Assembly (NCBI GenBank): GCA_963751565.1
Contig: CAVVVA010000013.1
Coordinates: 28,902-92,901 of the forward strand
Direction: 5' to 3'
DNA: 64,000 bases
From: an uncultured Actinomycetes bacterium
Lineage (GTDB): Bacteria > Actinomycetota > Thermoleophilia > UBA2241
How positions within the stretch are numbered: position 1 is the first letter of the stretch; every line of letters starts with the position of its first letter. Under the pieces are notes generated by a model. The model saw nothing but the letters and a program-made list of their open reading frames with translations, had not been told where the DNA came from and did no database searches. Of the stretch, positions 56,052 to 64,000 are shown one piece after another. The translations under genes were made by a program, and so were the position numbers.

Positions 56052-57473
56052 TTAGTCGACCCGACGCAGGGCGTCGGCGGGACTCAGACGCGCGGCACGC
56101 CAGCCGCCTAGAGTCCCGGCGACCAGGGCACCGGCCAGGGCGAGCGCGACAGCCAGTCCCACCAGCTGCGGGCTGATAGCCGCATGCAGGTAGACAGTGA
56201 CTGAGTTGGCCACGCTGGCGACAACCGCGCCGGGACCCGACTGCGCGGTTGTGCCGCCGGTGCTTGCGACCGTCGCCTGCAGGCTCGGCGAGAGCCGGCC
56301 GATGACCTTGGTGGCCAGGAACGCCAATGCGACGCCAGCGAGACCGCCCGCGATCCCCATGACAGTCGCCTCACCGAGCACCTGGGAGACGACCCGCCGG
56401 CTGCGCCAGCCCAGCGCCTTGAGTGTGCCGAACTCGCGCACGCGCCGGCCCACGGCTGACAGTGTGAGCAGGCTGGCCACGGCCACCGCGGCGATCATCG
56501 CCGCTGCGGCGAGCCACTTGCCAAGCTCGTTCGCCAGCTTGGAGGCGCTGCTGAGCGAGCCGCTGACCTGGTTTGCCAGGTCCTGGGCGGTGGTCACCGT
56601 GGCTCCCGAGACGGTATGTTCGATCTCGGTCTTGACCGTGGCAATCTCGGTGGCGCTGGTCGCCTTGACGTAGATCTGGTTGACCTCGCCCTTCTCGTCG
56701 GCGATGGCCTGCGCTCGGACCAAGGGCATGTAGAGGTTGGCCGAGGAGGCCGCCGACTTGCTGATGCCGATGATCTTGAACGACACGCCAGCGATCTTCA
56801 TGGTGTCGCCCACGGCGATGCTCTTCTGCTTGGCGTAGCCGGCATCCACAATGATGACCTTGGCGTCACTCTCGCTTGAGGCGAATGTGCGCCCGCTGGT
56901 GATGGTCGCCGAGCTCAGCGGTCCGATGCCCTGCTCGGAGACGCCGACGCCGCTGATCGTGAAGCTGCTGATCTTGATGGGCGCCTGGCTGGGTGTGGCC
57001 GAACCGCTGCTCGACGTGGAAGGCTGCTTGGTGACGCTGGTGGAGGAGCTCGTGCCGGCGACCTTGGCGAACTTGCCGCTCACCTGCATCGACGACAGCG
57101 TGAGCCCGCCGACCGCCGCGCTCACGCCGTGCAGGGCGCTGATCGAGGTGACCTTGGTGTCAGAAACAAGGGCCAGGCCGGTGGTGGTCGTGACGGCGTC
57201 TCGCGAGAAGCTCTGGCCCTGCTTCTGCTTGGTGCCCGGGTTCATAGCGAACCGCTGAGGGCCGCCCGAGCCGCGCTGCGCGCTCTTGGTGACGCTGATG
57301 TCGGTGCCCACCCCGTACAGCGAGTGGAGCACCTGGTTTTGGGCGTCGTGCACGCCGCCGGCGGTCGCCGAGACGGTCACCACCAGGCAGATGCCCAGGG
57401 CCAGCCCGAGAGCCGTCAGGGCTGCCTGGCGATGACGACGGCGTAGCTCGCGAAACAGGTACGTTAGAAACAC
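56052..57473 (-). CDS. FtsX-like ABC transporter permease (MacB-type, large extracytoplasmic domain)
   Basis: N-terminal 'FRELRRR...ALTALGLALG' TM1, a Ser/Thr-rich external domain of about 250 aa, and a C-terminal three-TM FtsX domain ('GTLKALGW'). GTG 57473 is preferred over 57515. Confidence 0.8.
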   Translation of the reverse strand: MFLTYLFRELRRRHRQAALTALGLALGICLVVTVSATAGGVHDAQNQVLHSLYGVGTDISVTKSAQRGSGGPQRFAMNPGTKQKQGQSFSRDAVTTTTGLALVSDTKVTSISALHGVSAAVGGLTLSSMQVSGKFAKVAGTSSSTSVTKQPSTSSSGSATPSQAPIKISSFTISGVGVSEQGIGPLSSATITSGRTFASSESDAKVIIVDAGYAKQKSIAVGDTMKIAGVSFKIIGISKSAASSANLYMPLVRAQAIADEKGEVNQIYVKATSATEIATVKTEIEHTVSGATVTTAQDLANQVSGSLSSASKLANELGKWLAAAAMIAAVAVASLLTLSAVGRRVREFGTLKALGWRSRRVVSQVLGEATVMGIAGGLAGVALAFLATKVIGRLSPSLQATVASTGGTTAQSGPGAVVASVANSVTVYLHAAISPQLVGLAVALALAGALVAGTLGGWRAARLSPADALRRVD

Positions 57474-57746
57474 ATCGATCCTCCAGTGGCTTGCTTGACG
57501 GATGGTGTACTGCACTCACTTTGCGCGCCTCGCTTGAGGCATGCCGGTGAGCCCGTTGAGAGCTTGCTGAGAGATCCTGAGCCCAAGCTGTGTGTAGCTG
57601 AAGTTGGCGCCGGCCGCCCTATTGCAGTGCTCAAGCGGCAAGGCATCGCCCCGTCAGGCACCGGCTGTGCCTGTCGCGAGGGCTCCGAAAAGACCCGAAA
57701 ACACCGACGTGAACCGACAGCAGCGGCGCGCTTCGTCACAGTGAAC

Positions 57747-57774
57747 TCTCAGCCCGGCCTCACGGCCGTCTCAG
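57747..57774 (+). promoter_or_regulatory. phased direct-repeat operator (TCTCAG-N5-CCTCAC-N5-TCTCAG) with -10-like CAGGTT 10 nt downstream
   Basis: Hexamers sit at 57747, 57758 and 57769. CAGGTT is at 57785-57790 and GTG at 57826. The spacing is identical to the 53260 module. Confidence 0.55.
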
Positions 57775-57825
57775 GCGCCGGTGGCAGGTTCACGCTCGAC
57801 AGAAACGCCACGCGGGAGCTGGCGA

Positions 57826-58737
57826 GTGACGGAGCTCAACAGAAGACGTTCGCGAAGACGGCTCAGTCGTCGCCGCAAGGCCGGCCTCGGGCGCCTGGCC
57901 GTCCTCATTGCGGTCGTCGTCGCGGTCGTGCTCGCCGTGGCCGTCATCGGGGGCGCGAATGGCTCGCCTGTGAGGGGCTCGGCGCGCCACAGGAGGGATC
58001 GCACCGTCACGGCGCCCCACTTCGTGGCCCATCCGCAGCCCGTGCCCATCCTTGTCTATCATCACGTCCTGCCCAGGGAGCGAGGGCCGCGGCTGCTCTA
58101 CGCAAGCCCATCCGAGTTTGCCGCTCAGCTTCACTACCTCAAGCGTCATCACTACCAGGCGGTCACCCTGCGGCAGGTCTACGAAGCCTGGACCGGCCAG
58201 GGCTTGCTGCCCGCACATGCCATCGTCATCAGCTTCGATGACGGCTACGTCGACCAGCTGCGCATCGCCGCGCCGCTGCTGCGTCGCTACCGCTGGCCGG
58301 CAGAGCTCGACCTCATTCTCGATGCCCTCTACCGCGGGTCGCACGCGCCCGCCACGCGCGTCACTGTGGCGATGGTGCGCAAGCTGCTGAGCGAAGGCTG
58401 GGAGCTTGAGTCCCACACCGTCACCCACCGCGACCTGACGCTGCTTGCGGCCGGCGACCTGCGCCGCGAGCTTGTCGATTCGCGCCAAGGTCTGCAGGAG
58501 ATCTTCGGTGTGCCGATCGACTTTCTCTGCTACCCCGGCGGTGACTACAACGCGCGCGTCATCGCCGCGGTGCGCCGCGCTGGCTACCTGGCCGCCACAG
58601 GCACGACCTTCGCGGCAGCCACGCCCCAGCAGCTCTACGCACTGCCTCGCATCTACTGCTACTGGGGCGAGTCGCCGGCGGTCTTTGCCCGGCGCCTGCG
58701 TGTGACTCTGGCAGCGGCACACCGGGTGGGCGCCTAG
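57826..58737 (+). CDS. membrane-anchored polysaccharide deacetylase (NodB/CE4)
   Basis: TM helix 'LAVLIAVVVAVVLAVAVIGG', 'YHHV', 'ISFDDGY' (NodB motif 1) and 'SHTVTH' (motif 2). The start is set at GTG 57826 (RBS GGGAG), by homology of the leader with the 53339 gene. Confidence 0.8.
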   Translation: MTELNRRRSRRRLSRRRKAGLGRLAVLIAVVVAVVLAVAVIGGANGSPVRGSARHRRDRTVTAPHFVAHPQPVPILVYHHVLPRERGPRLLYASPSEFAAQLHYLKRHHYQAVTLRQVYEAWTGQGLLPAHAIVISFDDGYVDQLRIAAPLLRRYRWPAELDLILDALYRGSHAPATRVTVAMVRKLLSEGWELESHTVTHRDLTLLAAGDLRRELVDSRQGLQEIFGVPIDFLCYPGGDYNARVIAAVRRAGYLAATGTTFAAATPQQLYALPRIYCYWGESPAVFARRLRVTLAAAHRVGA

Positions 58738-59171
58738 CTCAGAGGAAGCTGGCGTACAGGTTCGCGGGAGGGTGCGCTGGTCAGAGCGCGAGAACGCGCG
58801 CCTCGAGTCGAGGATTGCTGACCCGATCTCATTCGTCAGTGCGGTTTTGTTGCTGGGGCGAGAGCTGCCGCGTGAGTGCCGGGGTGGGCAGCCTCAAAAG
58901 CGAGAGCCCCGGCAACACGATCGTCTGCGCTGCCGGCGATCGCCTGCCGGGCGGGCCGGTTACGCCTTGAGGGCACGGTGCCAGCGTGGCTCCCGCAGCT
59001 GGTCGGGGTGCCTCGAAAAGCACGGGGAAAGGACGGCAAGGGACTGGAACGGCGCGTGCCAGGTCAAGGGCCACATGCCCAGCGGATGCTCACCAGATTC
59101 TCGCGATACTCACAGGTTGGCATGGCAAGCTGAGGCTGCAACTTGGGGCGCTGCCCTTCGCGCCTCACTGC

Positions 59172-59200
59172 CGGGTCCCCCCTGCGCCGGGGACCCGTTT
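59172..59200 (+). terminator. 9-bp GC hairpin followed by TTT
   Basis: 'cgggtcccc-cctgcgcc-ggggacccg-ttt'. It lies between the convergent deacetylase and PBP genes. Confidence 0.4.
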
Positions 59201-59201
59201 C

Positions 59202-59237
59202 GGCCCGCCGCCTCGCGATTCCCCGAGGCGGCGGGCC
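59202..59237. repeat. REP-like GC hairpin, copy 2
   Basis: 'ggcccgccgcctcg-cgattccc-cgaggcggcgggcc' forms a 14-bp perfect stem. The arms are nearly identical to those at 50296-50331. Confidence 0.6.
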
Positions 59238-59269
59238 ACCATCTGTGTGATCAGCCGCGTCTCCACTTG

Positions 59270-61479
59270 TCAGCAACGCAACGGCGTTAACGTGCAGCCC
59301 TCTGGCCTTGGGGGCGAAGAGGTGCCTGGGGTGGCCGACGCAGGTACCGCTAGGGCTTGGTCGTGGGGTGGTGTCGGGGTCGTGGGCGTGGGGGTGGTCG
59401 GTGTGGGGGTAGGGGTAGGCGTCGGCGGGGCGGCCGTTATCGTGGCCGTCGGCGTCGGGGTCGGCTTCTTCGAGGCGTGTGGTGAGCTCGAAGGACTGGG
59501 CAGCGGCGACGAGGTGGCGTGGGCGCCCGCCAGGGGCTGAACGGCCAGCTCACCACGGCGAAGTCGGGGTGCGCGGCATCGGCCAGCGCCGCCGCCGTGA
59601 ACTGCGCCCACATCGGCGCGCAGTAGATGCCCCCGAAGGCGCCGCTCATCGGCAGATTGGCGTTGATGTCGCCCATCCAGACGCTGGTCGCAAGCTGCGG
59701 TGTGTAGCCGACATACCAGACGTCCCAGTTGTTCTCGGTGGTGCCGGTCTTGCCGGCGCGCGGGTAGGGAAAGGCGGCCGCCGTGGTGGCGCCCGTGCCC
59801 CGGCTGGCGACCTGCTCGAGGACCTGGGTGACGGTCGAGGCGACACCGGCCGGGATGGCGCGATTGCCCACCGTTGCCGGACGCCAGAGCACCCTGCCGC
59901 TGGCGCCGACCACCTTGACGACCGCCTGGGGTGAGTGGTGGATGCCGCCGTCGGCCAGCGTCGCGTAAGCGTCGGCCATCTCCAGCGGCGTGACGACCGA
60001 GGTCCCCAAGGTGATCGAGGGCACGGCCGCCAGCGGGCTGGTGATGCCCATGGCGTGGGCGACCCGTACGGTGTTTGCCGGTCCCACGTCGACCGAGAGG
60101 CGGGCAAAGACGGCGTTGTCTGAGATCACCGTGGCCTGGGCTATGGTCTCGGGCCCGCCGGGCCCGTCGCCGTGCACGACCCAGGGCGCCGCATAGGGTC
60201 CCATGGGGATGACCACCGGGCTCTGCGAGGAGTAGTAGGTGGTGAACGGGTCCAGGCCCCGTTCGACCGCCGCCGCCAGCACGAACGGTTTCATCGCCGA
60301 GCCCGGCTGGCGCCGGGCCTGCGAGGCCAGGTTGAACTGCTGCTTGGCGAAGTCAAGGCCGCCGACCATCGCCCGGATGTAGCCGGTGGTGGGGTCGATG
60401 GCTACCAGGGCGGCCGAGGGCTTGAAGCCGAAGTCAAGCGGCGAGACGGTGTTGCGCACGACGTCCAGGGCGTCGCTTTGCCAGGCGGAGTCGAGACTCG
60501 TGTAGACGCGCAGGCCGCCCTCGAAGACCTGCGCATAGCCGTAGCGTTTGACGAGCTCCTGCGTGACGTAGTCGACGAAGTAGGCGGCCGGGAGCACGCC
60601 GGTGGTGGTCAGGGGATGGACGCGCAGACCCGCTCGCTGGGCGCGGCGCTCCTGGGCCGGCGGTGATGTAGCCCTGGCTGGCCATGTCGCTGGAGCACCA
60701 CGTCGCGCACCTGGCGGGCGTCGGCGGGGTCGTAGATCGGCGAGTAGCCGCTGGGAGTCTTGGCGGCAGGCCGGCGAGCAGCGCCGACTGGGCCAGCGTG
60801 AGGCGGCGAGGCGTCTCGTGGAAGTAGGTCTCGGCGGCCGCCTCGACCCCGTAGGCGCCGTCGCCGTAGTAGACGGTGTTCAGATAGGCGGTCAGGATGC
60901 GATCCTTGGACCAGCGGTCCTTGAGCTCCCAGGCCAGGATCGCCTCGCGCAGCTTGCAGCGTGAGGTCTGCGTCATCCGCCGAGATAGGCGTTCTTGACA
61001 TACTGCTCGGTGATCGTGCTGCCACCCTGCACGGCGCGGCCGGCCGCGAGGTCGGCGAGCGCCGCCCGGGCGACCCCCTGCAAGTCGATGCCGTGAGTCG
61101 GAGTAGAAGCGCTTGTCCTCGATGGCCACGGTGGCCTGCTTCAGGACAGCGGGAGCGCCGAGCTGGGCACGATGACCCGGTTGACGGCGCCATGCAGCTC
61201 GGCCAGCAGCCGGCCCTGTGCGTCGTAGATCTTGGTGGTCTGGGCGGTGGCCGAGCTCTCCAGATGGCCGAGCTTGGGCAGGTTGCGCGACAGGGCGTAC
61301 ACGGCGCCGGCGGCCAGGCCGATGACCGCGACCACCAAGACGATGAGCGCCACTACGAAGATCTTCACGATGCGCAGGCGCGCGGCGGCGCGCGCGGCGC
61401 GCTGCCTGCGTCGCCGGCGCGGGCCGGGCAGCCCGACCCCCGACGAACGCTCGCCGCCGGCGCGCCCTGAGTTGCTCAT
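59270..61479 (-). pseudogene. class A penicillin-binding protein (GT51 glycosyltransferase + transpeptidase + Pro/Thr-rich tail), at least seven frame changes
   Basis: N-terminal TM anchor (61141..61479). GT51 motifs 'AIEDKRFY', '[10 protein letters not shown]...[15 protein letters not shown]', '[47 protein letters not shown]', '[14 protein letters not shown]' and 'MASQGYIT' are scattered over all three frames between about 61150 and 60600. The transpeptidase domain ('SAMKPF', 'SDN', 'KTGTT') is one intact ORF, 59437..60597. The PT-rich tail is in yet another frame (59270..59611). Confidence 0.8.
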
Positions 61480-61686
61480 CGGACTCTACCTGCCCTCATG
61501 GCGGCAGCAGGGCGACCAGGCTGTCGCTGGCCAAGCCGTGATGCGACTCGCACATCGTCACGGCGGTCCCGCCCTAACGACGGTATGCTGAGCGGTCCTC
61601 CCTGGCGCGAGCGCGCCGCGCAGCCGCGGGTAGCGCCAGACAAGAACGCCGCGCTGCGGCGCCGTGGCGCACCTTCGTGAGCGCCT

Positions 61687-61887
61687 TCATTGTGCGGTGC
61701 GGGAGTCGTCCTCAGAGGGCCGGCTAGCTGCGACCTGCCGCAAGTCGCGCCTGCGGCGTGGGCTCTGTGGGCTGCTCGCATCCGACGCTTCGGCGAGCGC
61801 CCGCCCATCTTCACCTTGGATGAGGTCGGCGAAAGCCAGCCTGAGCTCGATGGCGTGGATCAGTTGCACGGCCTCTACGCTGTCCAT
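61687..61887 (-). CDS. speculative leaderless small ORF (66 aa) directly downstream of the phased-repeat operator
   Basis: ATG at 61887 lies 7 nt after a -10-like TAGACA, which lies 10 nt after the last repeat unit. No RBS and no recognised family. Confidence 0.2.
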   Translation of the reverse strand: MDSVEAVQLIHAIELRLAFADLIQGEDGRALAEASDASSPQSPRRRRDLRQVAASRPSEDDSRTAQ

Positions 61888-61910
61888 GGCTGACTGTCTA
61901 CTCCCGGCGG

Positions 61911-61949
61911 CTGAGACCGCACTGACAGCAAGCTGACAACCTGCTGAGA
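61911..61949 (-). promoter_or_regulatory. four direct-repeat units T(C/G)TCAG at exact 11-bp phase (candidate OmpR/PhoB-family response-regulator operator)
   Basis: On the plus strand, CTGAGA at 61911, CTGACA at 61922, CTGACA at 61933 and CTGAGA at 61944. The site is 149 nt upstream of the response-regulator start at 62098. Confidence 0.6.
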
Positions 61950-62097
61950 CGCCCCGCGCAACGTCTGGGCAACGACCGAGGGTTCTTCGGTCGCAGACGC
62001 GCCTGGCGCCCGGCAAGACATTCACAGGAAGTTAACAGTCGGCTTTGAGCTGTCGTCCAGCTACCGGTGCGATACTGTACGGCAGGAGGTGGTCATC

Positions 62098-62799
62098 GTG
62101 ACCTCAAGTGGTGGCTCCCAACACATCCTCGTCGTCGATGACGAGCCGTCGATCGTTGACGCGGTGGCTACATCACTGCGCTACGAGGGATTCGACGTGC
62201 GTGAGGCGAGCACGGGGCGCGGCGCTTTGGACTCGGCCAAGGAACGGCCCCCCGACCTGATCGTACTCGACGTCATGCTGCCCGACTTCGACGGCCTTGA
62301 AGTGACACGGCGGCTGCGGGCGCTCGGCATCGAGGCGCCGGTGCTCTTTCTCACGGCTCGCGACTCTGTAAGGGACAGGATCGCCGGACTGTCGGTCGGC
62401 GCCGACGATTACGTCACCAAGCCCTTTGCTCTGGCGGAGATCGTCGCCCGCACCCGCGCGATCCTGCGCCGCACGTCAGGCGAGCCGGCAAGTGACCAGC
62501 CATTGCGCTTCGCCGATCTCGAGATGGACGAAGCCATCCACGAGGTACGCCGCGCCGGTGTGCCGATTCAGCTGACCATCACGGAGTACAATCTTCTCCG
62601 GTTCTTCCTGCTGAATCCGCGTCACGTGCTCTCCAAGATGCAGATCCTCGACCACGTCTGGCACTACGACTTCCAGGGCAACGCGAACGTCGTCGAGACC
62701 TACGTCGGCTACCTGCGCAAGAAGCTCGACCCACACGGACCGCCGCTGATCCATACGATCCGCCAGGTCGGCTACATCCTGCGCGACGCCACCGTCTAG
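62098..62799 (+). CDS. OmpR/PhoB-family response regulator
   Basis: Receiver domain ('ILVVDDEP', 'DLIVLDVMLPDFDG', 'LTA', 'KPF') plus a winged-helix trans_reg_C domain ('LT..EY.LL..F..NP..V.S...IL..VW', 'YV..LRKKL', 'I.T.R.VGY.L'). GTG 62098 lies 8 nt after AGGAGG; the ORF-track start 62089 overlaps the RBS. Confidence 0.9.
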   Translation: MTSSGGSQHILVVDDEPSIVDAVATSLRYEGFDVREASTGRGALDSAKERPPDLIVLDVMLPDFDGLEVTRRLRALGIEAPVLFLTARDSVRDRIAGLSVGADDYVTKPFALAEIVARTRAILRRTSGEPASDQPLRFADLEMDEAIHEVRRAGVPIQLTITEYNLLRFFLLNPRHVLSKMQILDHVWHYDFQGNANVVETYVGYLRKKLDPHGPPLIHTIRQVGYILRDATV

Positions 62800-62809
62800 A
62801 GGCCCTGAG

Positions 62810-64000
62810 TTGTCGCTTCGCGGCCGTCTGCTGCTCGCCGTCGGGGCCGCCGCCCTGGTCGCCCTGGTCGCGGCCGACGTGACGACCTATTCATTGCTGC
62901 GCTCGTTCCTCTTTACACGGGTCGACCAGACTCTGGACACGACGTACTTCTCCGTCGCACCCATGCTGCAGGGAGGTCTCGCGCCGCCCTCGGGCTCGTC
63001 GCACACCCCCCCCAAGCCCTCTACCGGCTCCCTGTCGAGCCTGGCGCCCGGCACCTTTGTACAGGAGCGCTCCGCGAGCGGCGCCATCGTCCCCAGCATC
63101 GGCCAGCCGGCGTTTACACCAGGCGGCAAGACCTACACACCGAAGTTACCGGCGCGCATCGGCGCTCCTGCCAAACAAGGCCGCAGCGGGGGCGCCATCT
63201 ACTTCACGGTGAGCTCAACAAAGGCGGGTGGCCCCCAGTTCCGTGTACGGGTCGCGTCGCTGGACGACGGTCGTCAGCTCATCGTCGCCACGCCGCTGGG
63301 CGACACCGCCGGCACGCTGCATCGCCTGCTGGCGGTCGAGCTGGCCGTGACGGCGGCGGCCCTGCTGGCCGCCGGTCTGCTGGGCTGGTGGCTCGTGCGC
63401 GTCGGCCTGCGGCCACTGCGTGCCATGGAGCGCTCGGCCGACGCAATCGCCGCGGGCGAGCTCGACCAGCGCGTCGCCGGCGAGAACGACAAGACCGAAG
63501 TCGGCCGACTGGCCCGCGCCCTGAACGTGATGCTGGGCCGCATACAGACCGCCTTTGCCGAGCGGGATGCCACCGAAGCCGACCTGCGCGCCTCGGAGGA
63601 GCGCATGCGCCACTTCGTGGCCGACGCCTCGCATGAGCTGCGCACACCGCTGGCGGCGGTCTCGGCCTACGCGGAGCTATTCGAACGCGGGGCCAACCAG
63701 CATGAAGCGGACCTGGGCCGCGTCATGGGCGGCATCCGCGTCGAGAGCGGCTCGCATGAAGGCGCTCGTCGAAGACCTGCTGCTGCTCGCCAGACTGGAC
63801 GAGGGTCGCCCGATCGAACGGGAGCCGGTCGAGCTCGTCGGCCTTGCCGCCGAAGCAGTGCAGACGGCCGAGACGATCGGTGCGGCTTGGCCGGTCCACC
63901 TCGACGCCGACCAGCCGGTGGAGACCATGGGCGACCGCGATCGCCTGCGTCAGGTGCTCGACAACCTGCTCGTCAACGTCCGCACCCACACGCCGGCAGG
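62810..64000 (+). pseudogene. sensor histidine kinase (2 TM, HAMP, DHp H-box), +1 frameshift near 63749, 3' end outside window
   Basis: TTG 62810. TM1 'LLLAVGAAALVALVAADV', TM2/HAMP 'LAVELAVTAAALLAAGLLGWWLVRVGLRPL...AGEL..RV' and H-box 'FVADASHELRTPL'. After 'GIRVES' the reading must shift by one base to continue 'ARMKALVEDLLLLARLDEGRP...LRQVLDNLLVNV'. Confidence 0.8.

Noticed and set aside
58738-59269. ORFs 58772..59290 and 58986..59540 (+) between the deacetylase and the PBP
   Set aside because: No motifs or RBS are present. The second overlaps the PBP Pro/Thr tail on the opposite strand, where mirror low-complexity Gly/Val repeats arise. The region is better explained by terminator and REP-like hairpins.
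61890-61895. A fifth operator unit (CTGACT at 61890) extending the phased array
   Set aside because: It lies 21 nt rather than 22 nt from the first unit, so it is out of phase. It also overlaps the proposed -10 and spacer on the minus strand.

Overview
High-G+C, Actinomycetota-like chromosomal window that splits into two parts. Positions 1-43,000 hold densely packed, apparently intact housekeeping genes. These include a dispersed de novo purine pathway (purD, purE, purB, purS-purQ-purL-purF, purM and purH), a minus-strand UDP-sugar modification operon, murT-gatD, an L,D-transpeptidase, a non-Pyl MttB-family methyltransferase and an S9 peptidase. Many start/stop codons overlap (ATGA/GTGA). A tRNA-Lys(UUU) at 43,068-43,143 marks the switch to about 20 kb of accessory-looking DNA. 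A few hand-counted 60-nt lines there give about 52-63% G+C, against about 67% or more in the core. This region contains a multiply frameshifted tyrosine integrase and a surface protein with a perfect 264-bp tandem duplication plus a frameshifting 7-bp duplication. It also holds a sigma-70/STAS pair, a serine hydrolase/DapB-like operon, a decayed G1 (eqolisin) peptidase, a MacB-type ABC pair, a polysaccharide deacetylase, a heavily frameshifted class A PBP, and an OmpR-type two-component system whose kinase is frameshifted. The most interesting signal I found is a phased direct-repeat operator, T(C/G)TCAG with exact 11-bp periodicity. It lies next to the response-regulator gene and recurs, in an identical promoter architecture, upstream of two other genes in the region. 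This suggests a small cell-envelope regulon. Other recurring oddities are in-frame minisatellite insertions in housekeeping enzymes, a 20-nt tandem array made from the purH 3' end, three 25-bp repeats upstream of the tRNA, and three non-canonical genes translationally coupled inside the pur operon. All functional calls come from my own recognition of the translated ORFs. No database search was run.
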